In this document: positions 1-12,999 of the stretch, in pieces
Layout: each line of letters begins with the position of its first letter
How positions within the stretch are numbered: the first letter of the stretch is position 1
Source: Diadema setosum
Lineage: Eukaryota
DNA: 64,000 bases
Direction: 5' to 3'
Assembly (NCBI RefSeq): GCF_964275005.1
Contig: NC_092698.1
Location: 24,353,037 to 24,417,036, forward strand
Notes under the pieces: model-generated
Told to the model about the DNA's origin: nothing
What the model saw: the letters and a program-made list of their open reading frames with translations, nothing else
Databases searched by the model: none
Translations under genes and position numbers: made by a program

Positions 1-839
1 TTGCCACTTTCCCAATTAGATTTCAGTAGGGCAAAGATTTCGATTGATTAGAAAAAAAAGTGAAAACAAGAATCAAAATTCAAGATGATCTATATACCAG
101 TGGCTCAATGTAGTTTCTAGCGGCACACTAATCGACTTAATGTAATGTCGGCGGCTTTCCAATATTATCCTTATTTCTTGACAATATTTATGACTATATT
201 CAAGCCCTGAAATATATCGCCATAAATTGCAACTAACTAGATTGGTTAGAAAAGTGTTGTAGCTATACTATTGAACACAATGCATTATTATTTTGTGCAA
301 CATTATTGGGAAATCATTGGAAGAGACATCGTAATTCCTAGGGCTGAACTGCATGTAATTCTCACAGATGATGTCATCAAGAAGAAAGAGAGAGAGAGGG
401 GGGTGGTGGAGAGTGTTATAATATGAACGCTTCTGCACGAAAAGGATACTCGGAAGGGGCCTATAAGTGCTGTTCGGTACTATCCCAATCTTGATCATGT
501 TTTAATTTCTTGATTAATTACATAACTATTTCTTTTCATTGAAGGTTCTCATTCTTTTTCCATTCATTTACTGTTAACATAGCATTTTTTTCATAACCCT
601 GTAACCAAGACAATTTTGAGAAATAGAAAATAGAAAAAAAAATTGGTGGAACCGTATAAAATTGACTTTATACGGTTCGACCAATTTTGTTGGTTGATGT
701 ATTTCGAATGATTTCATTGCAAACATTACCGCTTTTATTGTTTATGTATATCATTATATTATACTGCTACTATTGTTTCATTATTTTCACTGCCAATGTA
801 TGTCATAATATTTCACCTTATATTGAAATATATATATGC

Positions 840-1065
<226 letters not shown>

Positions 1066-4000
1066 ACCCCACCAAAATTTGGGTTACTAAGATTTCTCCA
1101 GAAATGTCGTCAGACTAGATTCCTACTTCCTTGGAAAACCCATGGTCACTGTTATCACCACCCCCTCCATTCATCCCTCCTCTGACGTCCGTACCCCACC
1201 TGTTTTCCAACAACCCCTCGACCAGTGTACTAGTAACCCCAAGATTAGTCTTAAGATTCCCCCTCCAGCCTTTGACCCTAGTAGCCAATGTCCAATGGTA
1301 AGCCTGTGTGTATTGAGACTGGTCAAGCCCTGTGGAATGCCCCTGCTGGTGTTAGACTATGTAGGTGTAATAAAACTCAAGGATGGAGCAAGCTAGCCAG
1401 TCTAGGGATATTGTTTTAAGCACCCCTCCCCTTGTTGGTGTGTAGGCACATCAAGAGAAACGAAAGGACCATGTCTCAGAAGAGGAAGGTCATTCTCGCT
1501 AGGACAAAGTAGTAGTTGCTTTGGGATTTAGGGATACTGTCCTACCATGGGCAAAGCCTATACAGTGTGGACTGGTTCTAACTGTAGACCCACATCTTCT
1601 GCGACAATGACGTAGAATGCCGGTCTAGCCCAAATTCTGTCTTCTCCTATTCCTTTCTTCTCAGATGCCCCCCCCCCCCATTTCCAATGAACTGTTTAGG
1701 CTCTGCGTGTGCCTTAAAGTATAGTAACTCCATACATTAATAGATTTACTCTACCTGTGTTACATTATATATTACAGATACTGTTGTGCTATATATTATC
1801 AATGGCTGTAAGGGTATGACTGTTTGCAAGATTATTATTTGACATGTCATATGTTCAGAACAAAGTGTGATCCACGCACTTCAGCATAAGAAATGTGTAT
1901 GTGCAGTGGTTATGTTTAATACATCATTTATGCAAATGAGATATAATTATGTCTCTATATTCTAATTGAGTGCTTATATGATTCTGATATATGATTTGTC
2001 TAGTATGTTAACTAGATCAGTGTTTGCATGAGTATAAACAATGTGTTATATAGCTATGCTGGTTAGGCAGCAGCTCTAGTGACCAAGGTCACAGGAGTGC
2101 AACTTTAAAGCCCTGTAGCTAGAAGGCTTGAGAGTGACTGGAAAGCCTGTCGTTACTGCCCTTGGTCAATGTTAAGACTTTGTCTGGCCAAGTGGATGGT
2201 CAGTACGTCAGTAATGTTCCTGGAAGTCAAGGGGAATGAGTGACCTCTAGCCAATGAGGCAGACTTTGAATGATGTCATAGACACATGAACCAATGATAT
2301 TCTGCTGGTCAGTTAACTTCCTGGAAGTTTCTGATTTTCTCGAGAAAGTTTGTAATATAAACATTTTACATAAAGTTAGAAAAGTATAAAAGCCCATAGC
2401 TTTGGAGCAAATAGGCATATCTGCTTCCTGCCAGCGCTTTGAGGCCTGCATCCACTTTGCTTGTTACATCGACTGTGTGATCCAGAAAGTTTTCTCACAC
2501 GTTCATCTGCTGAGAGGTTACCACAAAATATTGATAAACCCTCATAAGCATCAGCTGTATTGTTATATACAAGTTTTATGTGCCTGTGATACAACTGGTT
2601 GTGGCACGTACATCCACTGACTGCCGTGTGGAGCAACTTGTAGTGAAAACGAGTGTTGGCTCTTTTGACTAGGTAAGTCATTGTACTTCTCATGTTAAGT
2701 ATTGCATTGGAGAGTGTTAAATATGAACCCCAATCAATAGACACGGAGGTTGCTTGTTAAGAAGAAGACTCTGATATCATGTATATAAATTCCGGAGCTA
2801 GTATATGTTATGCTAAATGTATACTGATGATCGATGATTGATGCTTGTATATTATTTGAAGATATATTGCAATGTACCTCAAGGCATTTGCGCTTTGAAT
2901 GTTTTATGAATGGACATGATTATGTATACACTAAAGTTCATTAACAGGCAGACAAAATTGGGAAGCTGACTTGGAATTAGAAGTCAGATGTTTGCATACA
3001 TGCATATTGAAATGCCTTGTAGACCCTCACACTCGGAGAAAGTGAGGTTATGCTCGTAAACATTGAGGTCTACAATGAGCACCCCCCCCCCCCTCGTCTG
3101 GATTGACAGATTTATGTCAACTGACCGTTCGCTGTGAGTGGTAGAGGTCACTGCACTATTGAAATGTGGAATGTGAAACTCTAGAGGGGAGGACTAGCCA
3201 CTAGATGTGAAGAACCTTGCAAAGAACTAAATGTGAGGAATAGCTGTGCGCTTGTGAATATATGAATGGAGATATTCATGCTCTTTTAAATGTATACATG
3301 TGAACTGTACATGCGTGGTGAAGTGTACAACTGCCCAGTGTAATTATTGTGTGCGTGGAGCGCTATTTCTACTCAAATTGTGAGATTTGAATTGGAGTCA
3401 CAAATGTTAAATGATGACCCCAGATGAAGCAACTATACTGCCAGTCGATCAGATAGATCAAAGCTTTATTTGTGGCAGCAGTGTTGCATATAATTCAGAA
3501 CGTTGAAATGTTAAACTGAAGTTTGAGAAGCTACATTGACCGTATAAGCACTTGTTATATGTCAAAGTGAATTGACAAACATTTGAATGTATGCGATTGG
3601 AATTTATATCTGTATTGTCTACTGCGCTCATATAGGTTTGTGAGGCAAGTATGTAAAGGCAATGTATCAGATCAGATATTGGAGTGGACTTCCATACTCC
3701 TGAAGAAATACTATTGATCAGAAAGACACTATATTAGGAAAGTCCTGTGTCTTGTAAACTCTTTTGACTAGATACATATTTGGATGAGAGCTTTGGCCAG
3801 CCTTCGCTTGGTTCAGCGTGACTGACAGCTACTGAGCATTGCAACAGCTACCGTGTACGACTGGTTTGCGACTACTCTGGGCTCGTCGACAGGATAGCCG
3901 GCGAGAAAGAGAGAGACAGCAACGAGTCGGATCATTGCCATACACTGTCAAATATTTAATCATGCTAATGTAACAAAGGTTACAATTGAGTCTGTGAACA

Positions 4001-4130
4001 AATTGAATTGAATGATGTACTTTGTTGAACGACAGACAAGCTAATAAAGTTTGTCATTGGATTATTTTGTCAAAACTTAATCCCAGGTGTGATATTCTTT
4101 ATTTATGAACTCGGGAGTGTAACATTCGGG

Positions 4131-4176
<46 letters not shown>

Positions 4177-4861
4177 TGGAAATGGAGAAAGATACATTGG
4201 ATACTGGGTACGAGGAGAAAAATGCAATGAGGTTAGCTTTGTGCCAGGTATTAGGCCTACTGTGAGAGAAGGAAGTATAAAATCGATAATCCTTTTGTCT
4301 GATGATTGATTCAGGGCTGCAGCTTGCACGCCTTGGAAGACGGAGATAGGTACAATGTACGAAGTTGCGCGCGCCGTCCCTCCCTCTCTGAATCTATATC
4401 TATAACTGTTTCTGTCTCTCCCCTGGAAGCTTGTTTTTATTGATTGTAGTTGAGTAGAACTGATACTACACTATATAAGATGCTTCTATACCCAGCAGGT
4501 GGATGTTATTATGCTCTAGTATGCATAAGGAATTGTTAGACAAAGGTAGGTGTGGGTGTGTGTGTGCAAAATGTTGTGATAATCCACATCATACCTTAAT
4601 GCTGAAATGATGTGATCCTAAGGCTCCAAAAGAATGAATTATGCTTTACGCATGTGCTTAAAAAAAATCATCTGACGACATTGTTTCTTATAACGGCCGT
4701 ACTACACCTTTTCCCCGTCAACTTTCTCTTCATTTTTATGCAGTACTATTTATTTCGCTTTCATTGTTACATACGTTTGAAGTAGGTTATCATTGTGCTT
4801 TGCATTTCCCATTGTGATCTACTTTATCTTCTGTCATTACAATGATGTTTGCATGGGTGCT

Positions 4862-5100
4862 GTTCGTTATTCCGAAGGTGCGATATTCCGAAGGTTCGTT
4901 ATTCCGAAGGTTCGTTAATCCGAAACACGCAAATTCCCTATACCTAGAGGTTCGTTAATCCGAACATTTGTGGCGTTATTCCGAAGGTTCGTTATTCTGA
5001 AGATTTGTTCATCCGAAAAAGAAATTCGGAAAAACGAATCTTCGGAATAAGGAATCTTCGGACTGAAGAGCCTTCGGAATAACGAACCTTCGGAATTACG
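4862..5100. repeat. Palindromic cluster of TTCCGAAGG-type motifs (tandem on the left half, inverted on the right half)
   Basis: Left half repeats cgttattccgaaggttcg; right half carries ccttcggaataacgaacc, its reverse complement; centre near 5020. Confidence 0.8.
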
Positions 5101-6378
5101 AGCTGTAACCGTTTGCACTCGCAATTACTTTAACTGCTTATAATGGGTGAATCCCATTGAAATGAAAAAAAAAATCATAAACAAATATTTTAGTTTGGTT
5201 TAATGGGGAGACCAAACCAACAACAAGTCTGCTATTTGTCGATGTTTTCCCCTTTCTCAATTTTGTCAATTTGACGTCTGCTATATTTTGCCATAACTAC
5301 AAGTATAGACTACCGCGGTCTGGCAGGTTTAAGAATCAATTCTGTAGATTTCTCTTGTGTTGCAGTCACATCTGCTATAACATCTTCAGGATTAAAGGAG
5401 ACACATTAATGAGAAGATAATGAGAATGCCCACTCTTTAATCGTGTGAAATAACGCTAAAATAGCCTTGAGTAATAATACACGACCGAAGTGGCTAAATA
5501 AGTTAACAATAGGCTTTACGTGTTGCCATCAGTTTACCAATTTTCAAAAATGTTTAATAAGGATGATAAGAATGATAGAAATTATAACAATAATAACGAT
5601 AATGATAATAATAACAACGATAATAACCGATATGCACATAACTAATATGTTATATAATTCATGAAGAGTTTAAATACCTTTTAAGGTAAGGTCCTTATCA
5701 GATAGAGAAAAATAGTCTTATAATGATACTCCACTCATTACATGACAAGAAATATTTCTGAGGACATCATTTAAATTACCACATAAATCTTAATCACGTT
5801 TTTTTTTTTGTTCACACCAGATTCGATAACAGTAAATATCTGAAATTGATAAGAATATATATTTATTTGTACATACGGTATATGTATATATACATGTGCA
5901 AATGATAATTATTAAAACTGTATGGAGTATTATGAGATGCAACTGACTTTTTTATTAGGTTAGATGTCATTCATGCGCAGATAATATTCGTCGCTTTTTT
6001 ATCCCCCCCCCCAAAAAAAAAAAAAAGAAGAAAAAAGATCAGTGAACTAATTGACTTGCACTCTGAAGATATTCAGGGTACTCAGGGAAACATTGAGTGG
6101 CAGTTTCTACAATCTTGTGCGCTGATATCATCCAGAAAGTGCAGTTTTCACAGCCGTAAAGATACAATTATACGAAGAGTTTGACTGCAAAGTGGGCTAA
6201 GTGCTGTTTTTAAACATTTTAAAGTAAGTTCATCATCAGACAGAGGAAAATAAGACATTTCCGGTGATATTTCACTTGTAACGTAACAAGGAATATTCTT
6301 GAAGTTATGAGTAAAATATATCCCATATATTTTCTAGCATTCTCTCTTTTTAGCAGCTTTAATCTGAGATATATCAAC

Positions 6379-7010
6379 TTAAAGGGGAAACCCAGCCTAA
6401 ATACTGTATAAGTTAGTCTGATAAGAAAGAGTAAAATATTACGAGTTCAACGGTAAAATTTTCATCGAAATCGGGTAAAAAATAAGGAAGTTATGACATT
6501 TTGAATTTTCGCTAATTTTTCAGGAAGCAGTTACTGAACAGTCAATATGAATATGCAAATTGCAAAGAGAGAATGTCATACCCTCACAATTCAATTTCAA
6601 TTACATATTGTTTGTACATAAAATTTTGGAATTTCCAGTTTTTCATTCAAACGGAATCATGCCAGAAGCTCAAATCCTGATAAATCTAAATGACCTCTAT
6701 TCTAAAGTTATTAAACCAGGAATAACATCATGTTTTAGACTTCAATGACAGAAACATTGAATTTTCGTCATTTTTTTTTGCACACGATCAATGGAAAATT
6801 GTGAGGGTATGACATGGCCGGCTCACTCATTTGCACATATCCACAGGCCTCTACTGTACAAGAACTGGTTTGCAGAAATAAGCAAAACTTTAAAATTCCA
6901 TCACTTCCTTATTTTTCATCCGATTTCAGTAAAGTTTTTACCGTTGAATTCGTAAGATTTTACTCCTTTGTATCAGACTAACTTATTTTGGGACTGGAAT
7001 TCCCCTTTAA
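6379..7010. mobile_element. Foldback MITE with ~170-bp terminal inverted repeats and apparent TTAA target duplication (piggyBac-like MITE candidate)
   Basis: Left end ttaaaggggaaacccagcctaaatactgtataagttagtctgat...; right end ...atcagactaacttattttgggactggaattcccctttaa is its reverse complement at about 80% identity. TTAA abuts both termini. The inner ends (caattgtgagggtatgacat) are also inverted. Confidence 0.65.
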
Positions 7011-8247
7011 CAAGAATAGACTTAAGTTGTTTTGCAATCAAACCCTTCATATGTTTTGCGAAATTGAAAGGTTTTAGTCAAAGTCATTAGTCCCGTTTGA
7101 TGAACTTCTTCTTTGACTTTATCAAGGGCGAGGAAATGTTAAATTTTAATGCACCACCGAGTAGGGGCTTCAAAGGACAACAGTGATGATTCTGTAAAAT
7201 GATGATGATTTTTGTCGAAAATAGAATCCACATTTGTTAGATTAACACCAAAGTTCGTTTGCTTAAATCTTAGTGAAAGTCACCCTGTCGGAACTGCCAG
7301 CTTAGAGTGCATTGTCCAACTCATTTCAATTTGGTGACGTTGTTGTTATGAAAATTGAGGACCAGCAATAAGACACATAATTGAAGTAATTGAAGGTTGC
7401 CTCCGCACAAGAAATGAGAAAGATTTTTTTTAATTTTTTTTTTGTACTGACATACTACTGAAGGAAATGTTATTTCGCTGCATCTGAAGAGAGTTGATCC
7501 AAGTGCTCCTTCGTAATTTGCTGGTAACGTAAAAATAATTTTCTTTATATTTTTATTATATTGATGTGATATTGTGACACCAAGATTTCTGGTCGTCTTC
7601 ATATCCAGCGATGATGGCATTTAAACTTCCAAAATTTATTGTCCGAATTTCTTCAATCTTTACTGATCTGTTCGACTAATATTTTTGCATTTACTTCATT
7701 GATTAATTTGGGTTTCATTCCCGTTGATATATATCATTTTGCCAAAAATTGTAGCAATAAGGTATTTAGGCAAGTCGTTGACATTGATGCAATTTGCTTT
7801 AGCGTTAGGCCAGGCAAGTCTTGGGCAAACCTTCAGACTATCAAGTTTAAAAATTGAGTTTGAGACTTCCCTGTTGGAAAGAACACAGTGTTAACACATT
7901 GTGAACACACTGAGAAATCTTTTCACAGTGTTAAATTCGAGCTTTTTAACAGTGTGAACACAATCATCAATTCATAGTGTGAACACAATCATCAATTCAT
8001 AGTGTGAAACGGAACATTACTATTCAATTCAATTCAATAGTTCATTTATTTCCATCATCAAAAAAGAAAAGAAAACATGATTCAAAGCCGTACAAGTTGT
8101 CGATTTGTCTTTCATTCATCTGATAAGGACAATACTATGTGAACTGGCCGTGAAAAATAACAGAACGTGTGAAATAATCTTCACACTGATAAATCGAACG
8201 TTTTCATAATTATAGTCTACTATGTGAACACATTGTAAGCATACGTA

Positions 8248-8313
8248 GTTAGAGAGAGAGAGAGAGAGAGAGATACTCAACACACACACACACACACACA
8301 CACACAATCAATC
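8248..8313. repeat. (GA)n followed by (CA)n compound microsatellite
   Basis: Direct reading. Confidence 0.9.
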
Positions 8314-8422
8314 AATCAAACTATCATGCACAGCAGATTTGCTGAAATACGCTTAATACTGATTAATACTGATTAAGCTTTGAACTATTTTCTCTATTCC
8401 CTGTTTTTTTGTGAATTCTCAC

Positions 8423-8765
8423 CTAAATGCACACCGACATTTTTAATATCGTCTTCGGTGAACGCAGACTCGCGGTACTTGTTAAAATTGCAGACAGTAA
8501 TGGCGGGAAAAGATACTTCGGTCTCGTATTCGACGTCGATCTTGGTGACGTGACTGTGAATTCTGTAACTGATGATGACCAGGGCGCACTGGTAGGTACA
8601 GTAACCTAGAGCGAGTAAGAACAGTAGCAGCCAAACGATCCGTCTGAATGCCCCGCCGTTGCCGGCAACATGCTTCAGGCCATGGAAGTCCGACACCTCC
8701 GCGGCCCAGTGCCGAATGTGAAGTTTCCCGGGTTTGCAGGACATATTTTCGACTTTTGATAGCAC
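8423..8765 (-). CDS. First coding exon of a degenerin/ENaC/ASIC-family (amiloride-sensitive / acid-sensing) cation channel: cytoplasmic N-terminus, TM1 and the start of the extracellular domain
   Basis: The minus-strand ORF translates to MLSKVENMSCKPGKLHIRHWAAEVSDFHGLKHV...RRIVWLLLFLLALGYCTYQCALVIISYRIHSHVTKIDVEYETEVSFPAITVCNFNKYRESAFTEDDIKNVGVHLG. It carries the family hallmarks: FxxxxxxHG(L/I)xH(I/V), a hydrophobic TM1 after RR(I/L)xWLL, the HVTKxD and FPAxTxCNxN motifs, and a post-TM1 region matching the ASIC/ENaC pattern. It ends at a canonical donor, TTAG|GTGAGA on the minus strand, in phase 1. Downstream exons would lie below 8423 and were not located. Confidence 0.8.
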
Positions 8766-10895
8766 TTTCGTCCCCTTTGATAAAGAGTTTTGGGATAATA
8801 TCTTTCACAGAGACATCCCAAGAGCGCTTTGCGAAACAAAATGAAAATGGAAGAAATTAAATTTTGTATACTGCTTTAGTCGTTGACCACGAAAAGATGT
8901 CTAGACTGGGGGACAAATTGCAATAGCAAGAACAAAAATTCGTTTCCTCAGTTGACCAGTCGAATAATGAAATTAGAAGTCTAATCTGTGACGTAAAGAA
9001 GGGCTATTCCAGACGAATTGTTATCGATAATACTGATGATATCTGTGATCCTCTCCTATTTTTTCCAACCTATTTTCTGATCGATGCAACTCTCCTCAAT
9101 ATCCAAAGATAAGTCATTCCAAGAACATAGATCCGATAGTATATCCATACCGCAACAAGCATTTCCCCATCAAGTAAGAGAAGTTACTTAACGGAACGGT
9201 CTATCCTGTTTGCTCATCGATTTTCCGATTGGCTAACCGATGGCAATAGAATGCTAACAAAGGAAACCTTGTGTTTACGTCGGTAACCACATACCGCTCT
9301 ACGCTCGGGGTCCACGCTATTAAATCCTCCATTAAGTTCTGAATCCCGTGGTTGCGAGGGCGCAGATATCGTAATGCAAACACCGATCACTCTAATTTCT
9401 AATTAGTGGGTGAATCTGAGGATCAGTGAGGTTACAAGGACGGGTGCAAATTCATTTTGACAGTAGGATTCTTTTGTTGGAATCTGAAGCTTCCATTTTC
9501 CATCATAACAGTTCCACGGTGGTGTTTTTCAGCTTTCACTAATAGCACAACACAGAGGTGAAATGAGATTGTCCATTCACTCACTAATGTAATATGACAA
9601 CGTGGATGGAATGCAGCGTTGCAGTTGTTTTGATGCATGTAACTTGTCTCAGGTTTTTCTTTTCTTTTTGCAATTACCTGATGATTTTTAAGTCTTTCAA
9701 ATGGTGATTTATCTGTGTTGAAAGTATGCAGATTCTTAGTCCCGTATAACGTAAACAAGCCAGGATGACTTACACCTCCGTTAAACATATCAAAATCACA
9801 CTTACCAGATTTTCAAATGTCACCTACATCTTTATCGATAATCGTTCATTAGGAGTACGATAGGATGAAATAACATCATTGCACTCTCACACCCGATTCA
9901 TCGAGACTAAAATGGAAGCGGCAATAATGAATATACAATCCCCTCGATCCGAAATTCTATCATCAGGAAATGACGTCTGAAAACGAATCAGTCTAGCCCA
10001 GAATCCGTAAAGAAAGTCTAGCTTCTACGCAAACACACTTCTTCATCGATATCATGTGTAAATTTTATCTAACTTAGCAAGTGTCTTGACATTTCAGTCA
10101 TGCTATCATTGACATAACGCAATTTATATTCCTCTTCGTTTTTTATCGTTTACGATATCCTGCTCTTGAAAATTGCCTTAAGAAACTGTCGTAATATTTC
10201 GCTTGTTTTGTTTGTTTATCTGTTATCATTTGTATTGTCTTGCAAATGCCGAATAACTGATGATGATGATAATAATGATAATGATATAATGATAATAATG
10301 ATGATAATAGAAATATAGAAATAAAAAAAGATATAAAGCAAAGTAAAAAAAAATGACAAAAGAACGGTCCTATAAAAAGGTTATTGTATTATGTCCCTGA
10401 ATTGTATACATCCGTGCATTCACTCTGTCATCTAGGCCTGTAGAATCTGATAACACCTAGCTGTATTGTGGTGTGTTGGGTACTACAATTTTGATTCATT
10501 TCTCATGCTCTAAGCGGGACGACGATTTGCAGTATCTTCACCGAATTACTGTTTAATGACTGACATGAGCCGAATATACCCACGTATAGATAGCTTAAAT
10601 CGTGCCCCATACTGATGGTGACTGTGAGACAATACTTTCACAACCTCAAGTCACTTCGTGGTGTAAATATTAGTCATTTAAACCTTTGTTCTCTAATGAA
10701 GAGCCCATGGAAGAATGTGGAAGTAGAGTGTTCTAACATTAATATCCACTTTGATAGTATTCACTGAGACTAGACTTGTCGAGACTATTCTGATGCTAAC
10801 TCATAGAGCCAGTTACGATATGATATTATATTTACATTTCGTTTATCATGGAAAGTGCACATTCCCTCGACTTGTTACCGACATAATGGGTGTGT

Positions 10896-11258
10896 ACAGT
10901 TCTGGTCGGGGTGAGGATTTAGCTTTTAACCTTTTGCGAGATATTCAGAAACCGCTCTATGAGATGTCAAAGAGCATGCAATTCTAAGGGGTATCAAAAG
11001 TTTATTTGATGAAAATCGGTTTTGAAATGGCTGAGATATCCAAAAACGAGGTGAAACAAAGAGATCCTAATAAAAGTGGGCATGTCGCCTTTTATTATTA
11101 TCACTTTTGGGGATATCTCAGCCATTTAAAAACCAATTTTCATTAAATAAACGTTAAATCCTTCTTAAAATCACATGCTCTTTCATATTTCATAAGAGGT
11201 TTCTCCTTATCTCACTTAGGAATGTTCAAAACATGAACCCCCACCTCAACCACTACTG
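10896..11258 (-). mobile_element. MITE family A copy (about 363 bp, TIR CAGTwCTGGTyGrGGTGrGGATT, TA flanks; Tc1/mariner-like)
   Basis: Near-identical to copies at 59805-60178 and 34663-35777. Termini cagttctggtcggggtgaggattt / cacctcaaccactactg are inverted. TA is present on both sides. Confidence 0.8.
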
Positions 11259-12467
11259 TACAGTCCCTTTAAGAGTAAATATCATTTCTCATGCTTTCTC
11301 AAAGAAGTAAGGCAAGTGTTCTTTCATTATGCTGTAGAAGTGAGAATAATTGTGTTGAATTTTCTTTGTATTTCCTTTATATCGTTCTTAACATGTGACG
11401 TCACAAACGGTAGTCTCCTAATCAAGTGATGGCTGCACTAAAAACTAACCTTTAAACGGACTTGAAAGATTTCCCTCAAACTTCATGAACTTTCACTGAT
11501 GTGTTCTACTGATATTGCTATCATTCACTCAACCCACATTATTTTGCGTGACTTCTGAACGGAATTTGAGCAGATTGACCTCCATTGCAAATTTCAGGAC
11601 TGGAGTGAAATAAGTTCGTCGACTTAGATAATAGTAAGACGAAATACATTTAGACTTTCGTGTATTTTTATGATTTTGTATTTTTAACATAGTGTGTTTA
11701 TTCACAAATTTTATAATTTATTCACAAATTTTTTGGATTATGAGAAGACCAAAGAGGTTCTATTATGCAACCTCTTTGGAGAATACCACTGCAAATGGAA
11801 ATTGCAATTGGAAATTGCAGTGGTCTTCTCCAAATACAAAAACAACGATCAGTATGACGGTTATCTTGCCAATAGAGGGAGGCAAATTCATAAGACGTTG
11901 AACTACGGTTGCATCGCTGCATACCAATCATGTACTAGCGCTGCACAAGCAGCTCCCTAGACCACCCTAGACCTTTCTATGCACGGTAACGTGATGCAGC
12001 GGTATGGCGGTGGCTAATGACAACAAATGGATTTGGATTGGGAAAGTCCGAACATGAACAGACGATAAAAGCCCTTTGACACCGGACGTTTTGCAGTCTT
12101 AACTTTGTACTTTGATTTTTCTTTGTCGACAATGGGGTCTCAACATCATAAAAGGTCAGCTGTGTATAGTCAGAACACTTCTAAACCAACGAAGGCAAGT
12201 ATTTTCCTTACACTTTTATGAAAAATGCAAGACGTGAGGTGCCTTAGACCCATCCGTAGTGTTCGCTGCTGGTAAAATTTAAATAAGTTTTGATGTGTGT
12301 ATTACCTACATGTGTCCTACAGCATTTGTAGGCTGGAGGTCTAGTTCTAATCCTGTACCAAAGAGCTTATAAAGGAGAAAAATCTCTTTGTCCTGTACTC
12401 GTAGGCCTGTCACAATTTTCAGTTGACTGTGTACAAGGCAAGGGCAAGACATTTAAAGAGGCTGAAC

Positions 12468-12476
12468 AGTAGTAAA
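12468..12476. repeat. Left 9-bp target-site duplication GTAGTAAAC of the foldback element
   Basis: The exact 9-mer is repeated in direct orientation at 34591-34599, immediately outside the perfectly inverted termini ggtaggcacttaag / cttaagtgcctacc. Confidence 0.8.
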
Positions 12477-12677
12477 CGGTAGGCACTTAAGAGGCGAGAA
12501 TGCTCTGCGGGAAGTAGTTTCACCAAAGGTCACAGATATTAATTATTCATGAGCTGGCGCGGAGACTGCCGAAGCCTTATTGAATATGTATGAGGTGGGA
12601 GATTCCCTTTCCCCTGCGTTGTAAACGTACACCACCGAGTGAACGTCATGTAAACACATATCGCTTTCACAGTTGCA

Positions 12678-12726
<49 letters not shown>

Positions 12727-12999
12727 GTCTGTCTGTCACTCACTCGAGGAATGTCCATCGACGACTCACCCTTGTTGACATCCCACAGACTCTGTACAAA
12801 CATGGTTTGACGATGAGTTTGATCGTCATTGTGGTAAGGGGTGTCAAGATTTCTTCAAATAAATACTTTTAGTAACGTTAGGGCCTAACGTTAGTTGTTA
12901 TTCTTTTTTTTTGGGGGGGGGGGGGGTGGGTAAAATGGGCTAGATCAGAAAACACAGAAAAGTACACTCAATGAAATCAGTCATTCTTGGAAGTTCTAA

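Noticed and set aside
8427-8860. Plus-strand ORFs (60 aa, 70 aa) and minus-strand 108-aa ORF overlapping the ASIC-like exon
   Set aside because: These are alternative-frame or antisense readings of the same GC-richer exon; the ASIC-like frame is the one with family motifs.
12539-12872. Mirrored ORFs (86 aa / 66 aa / 62-63 aa) in the left outer domain, with identical counterparts at 34182-34529 in the right arm
   Set aside because: They are driven by the (GT)n/(CA)n microsatellite (poly-CV / poly-HT translations). They appear on both strands and both arms only because the region is an inverted duplicate. No coding signal.
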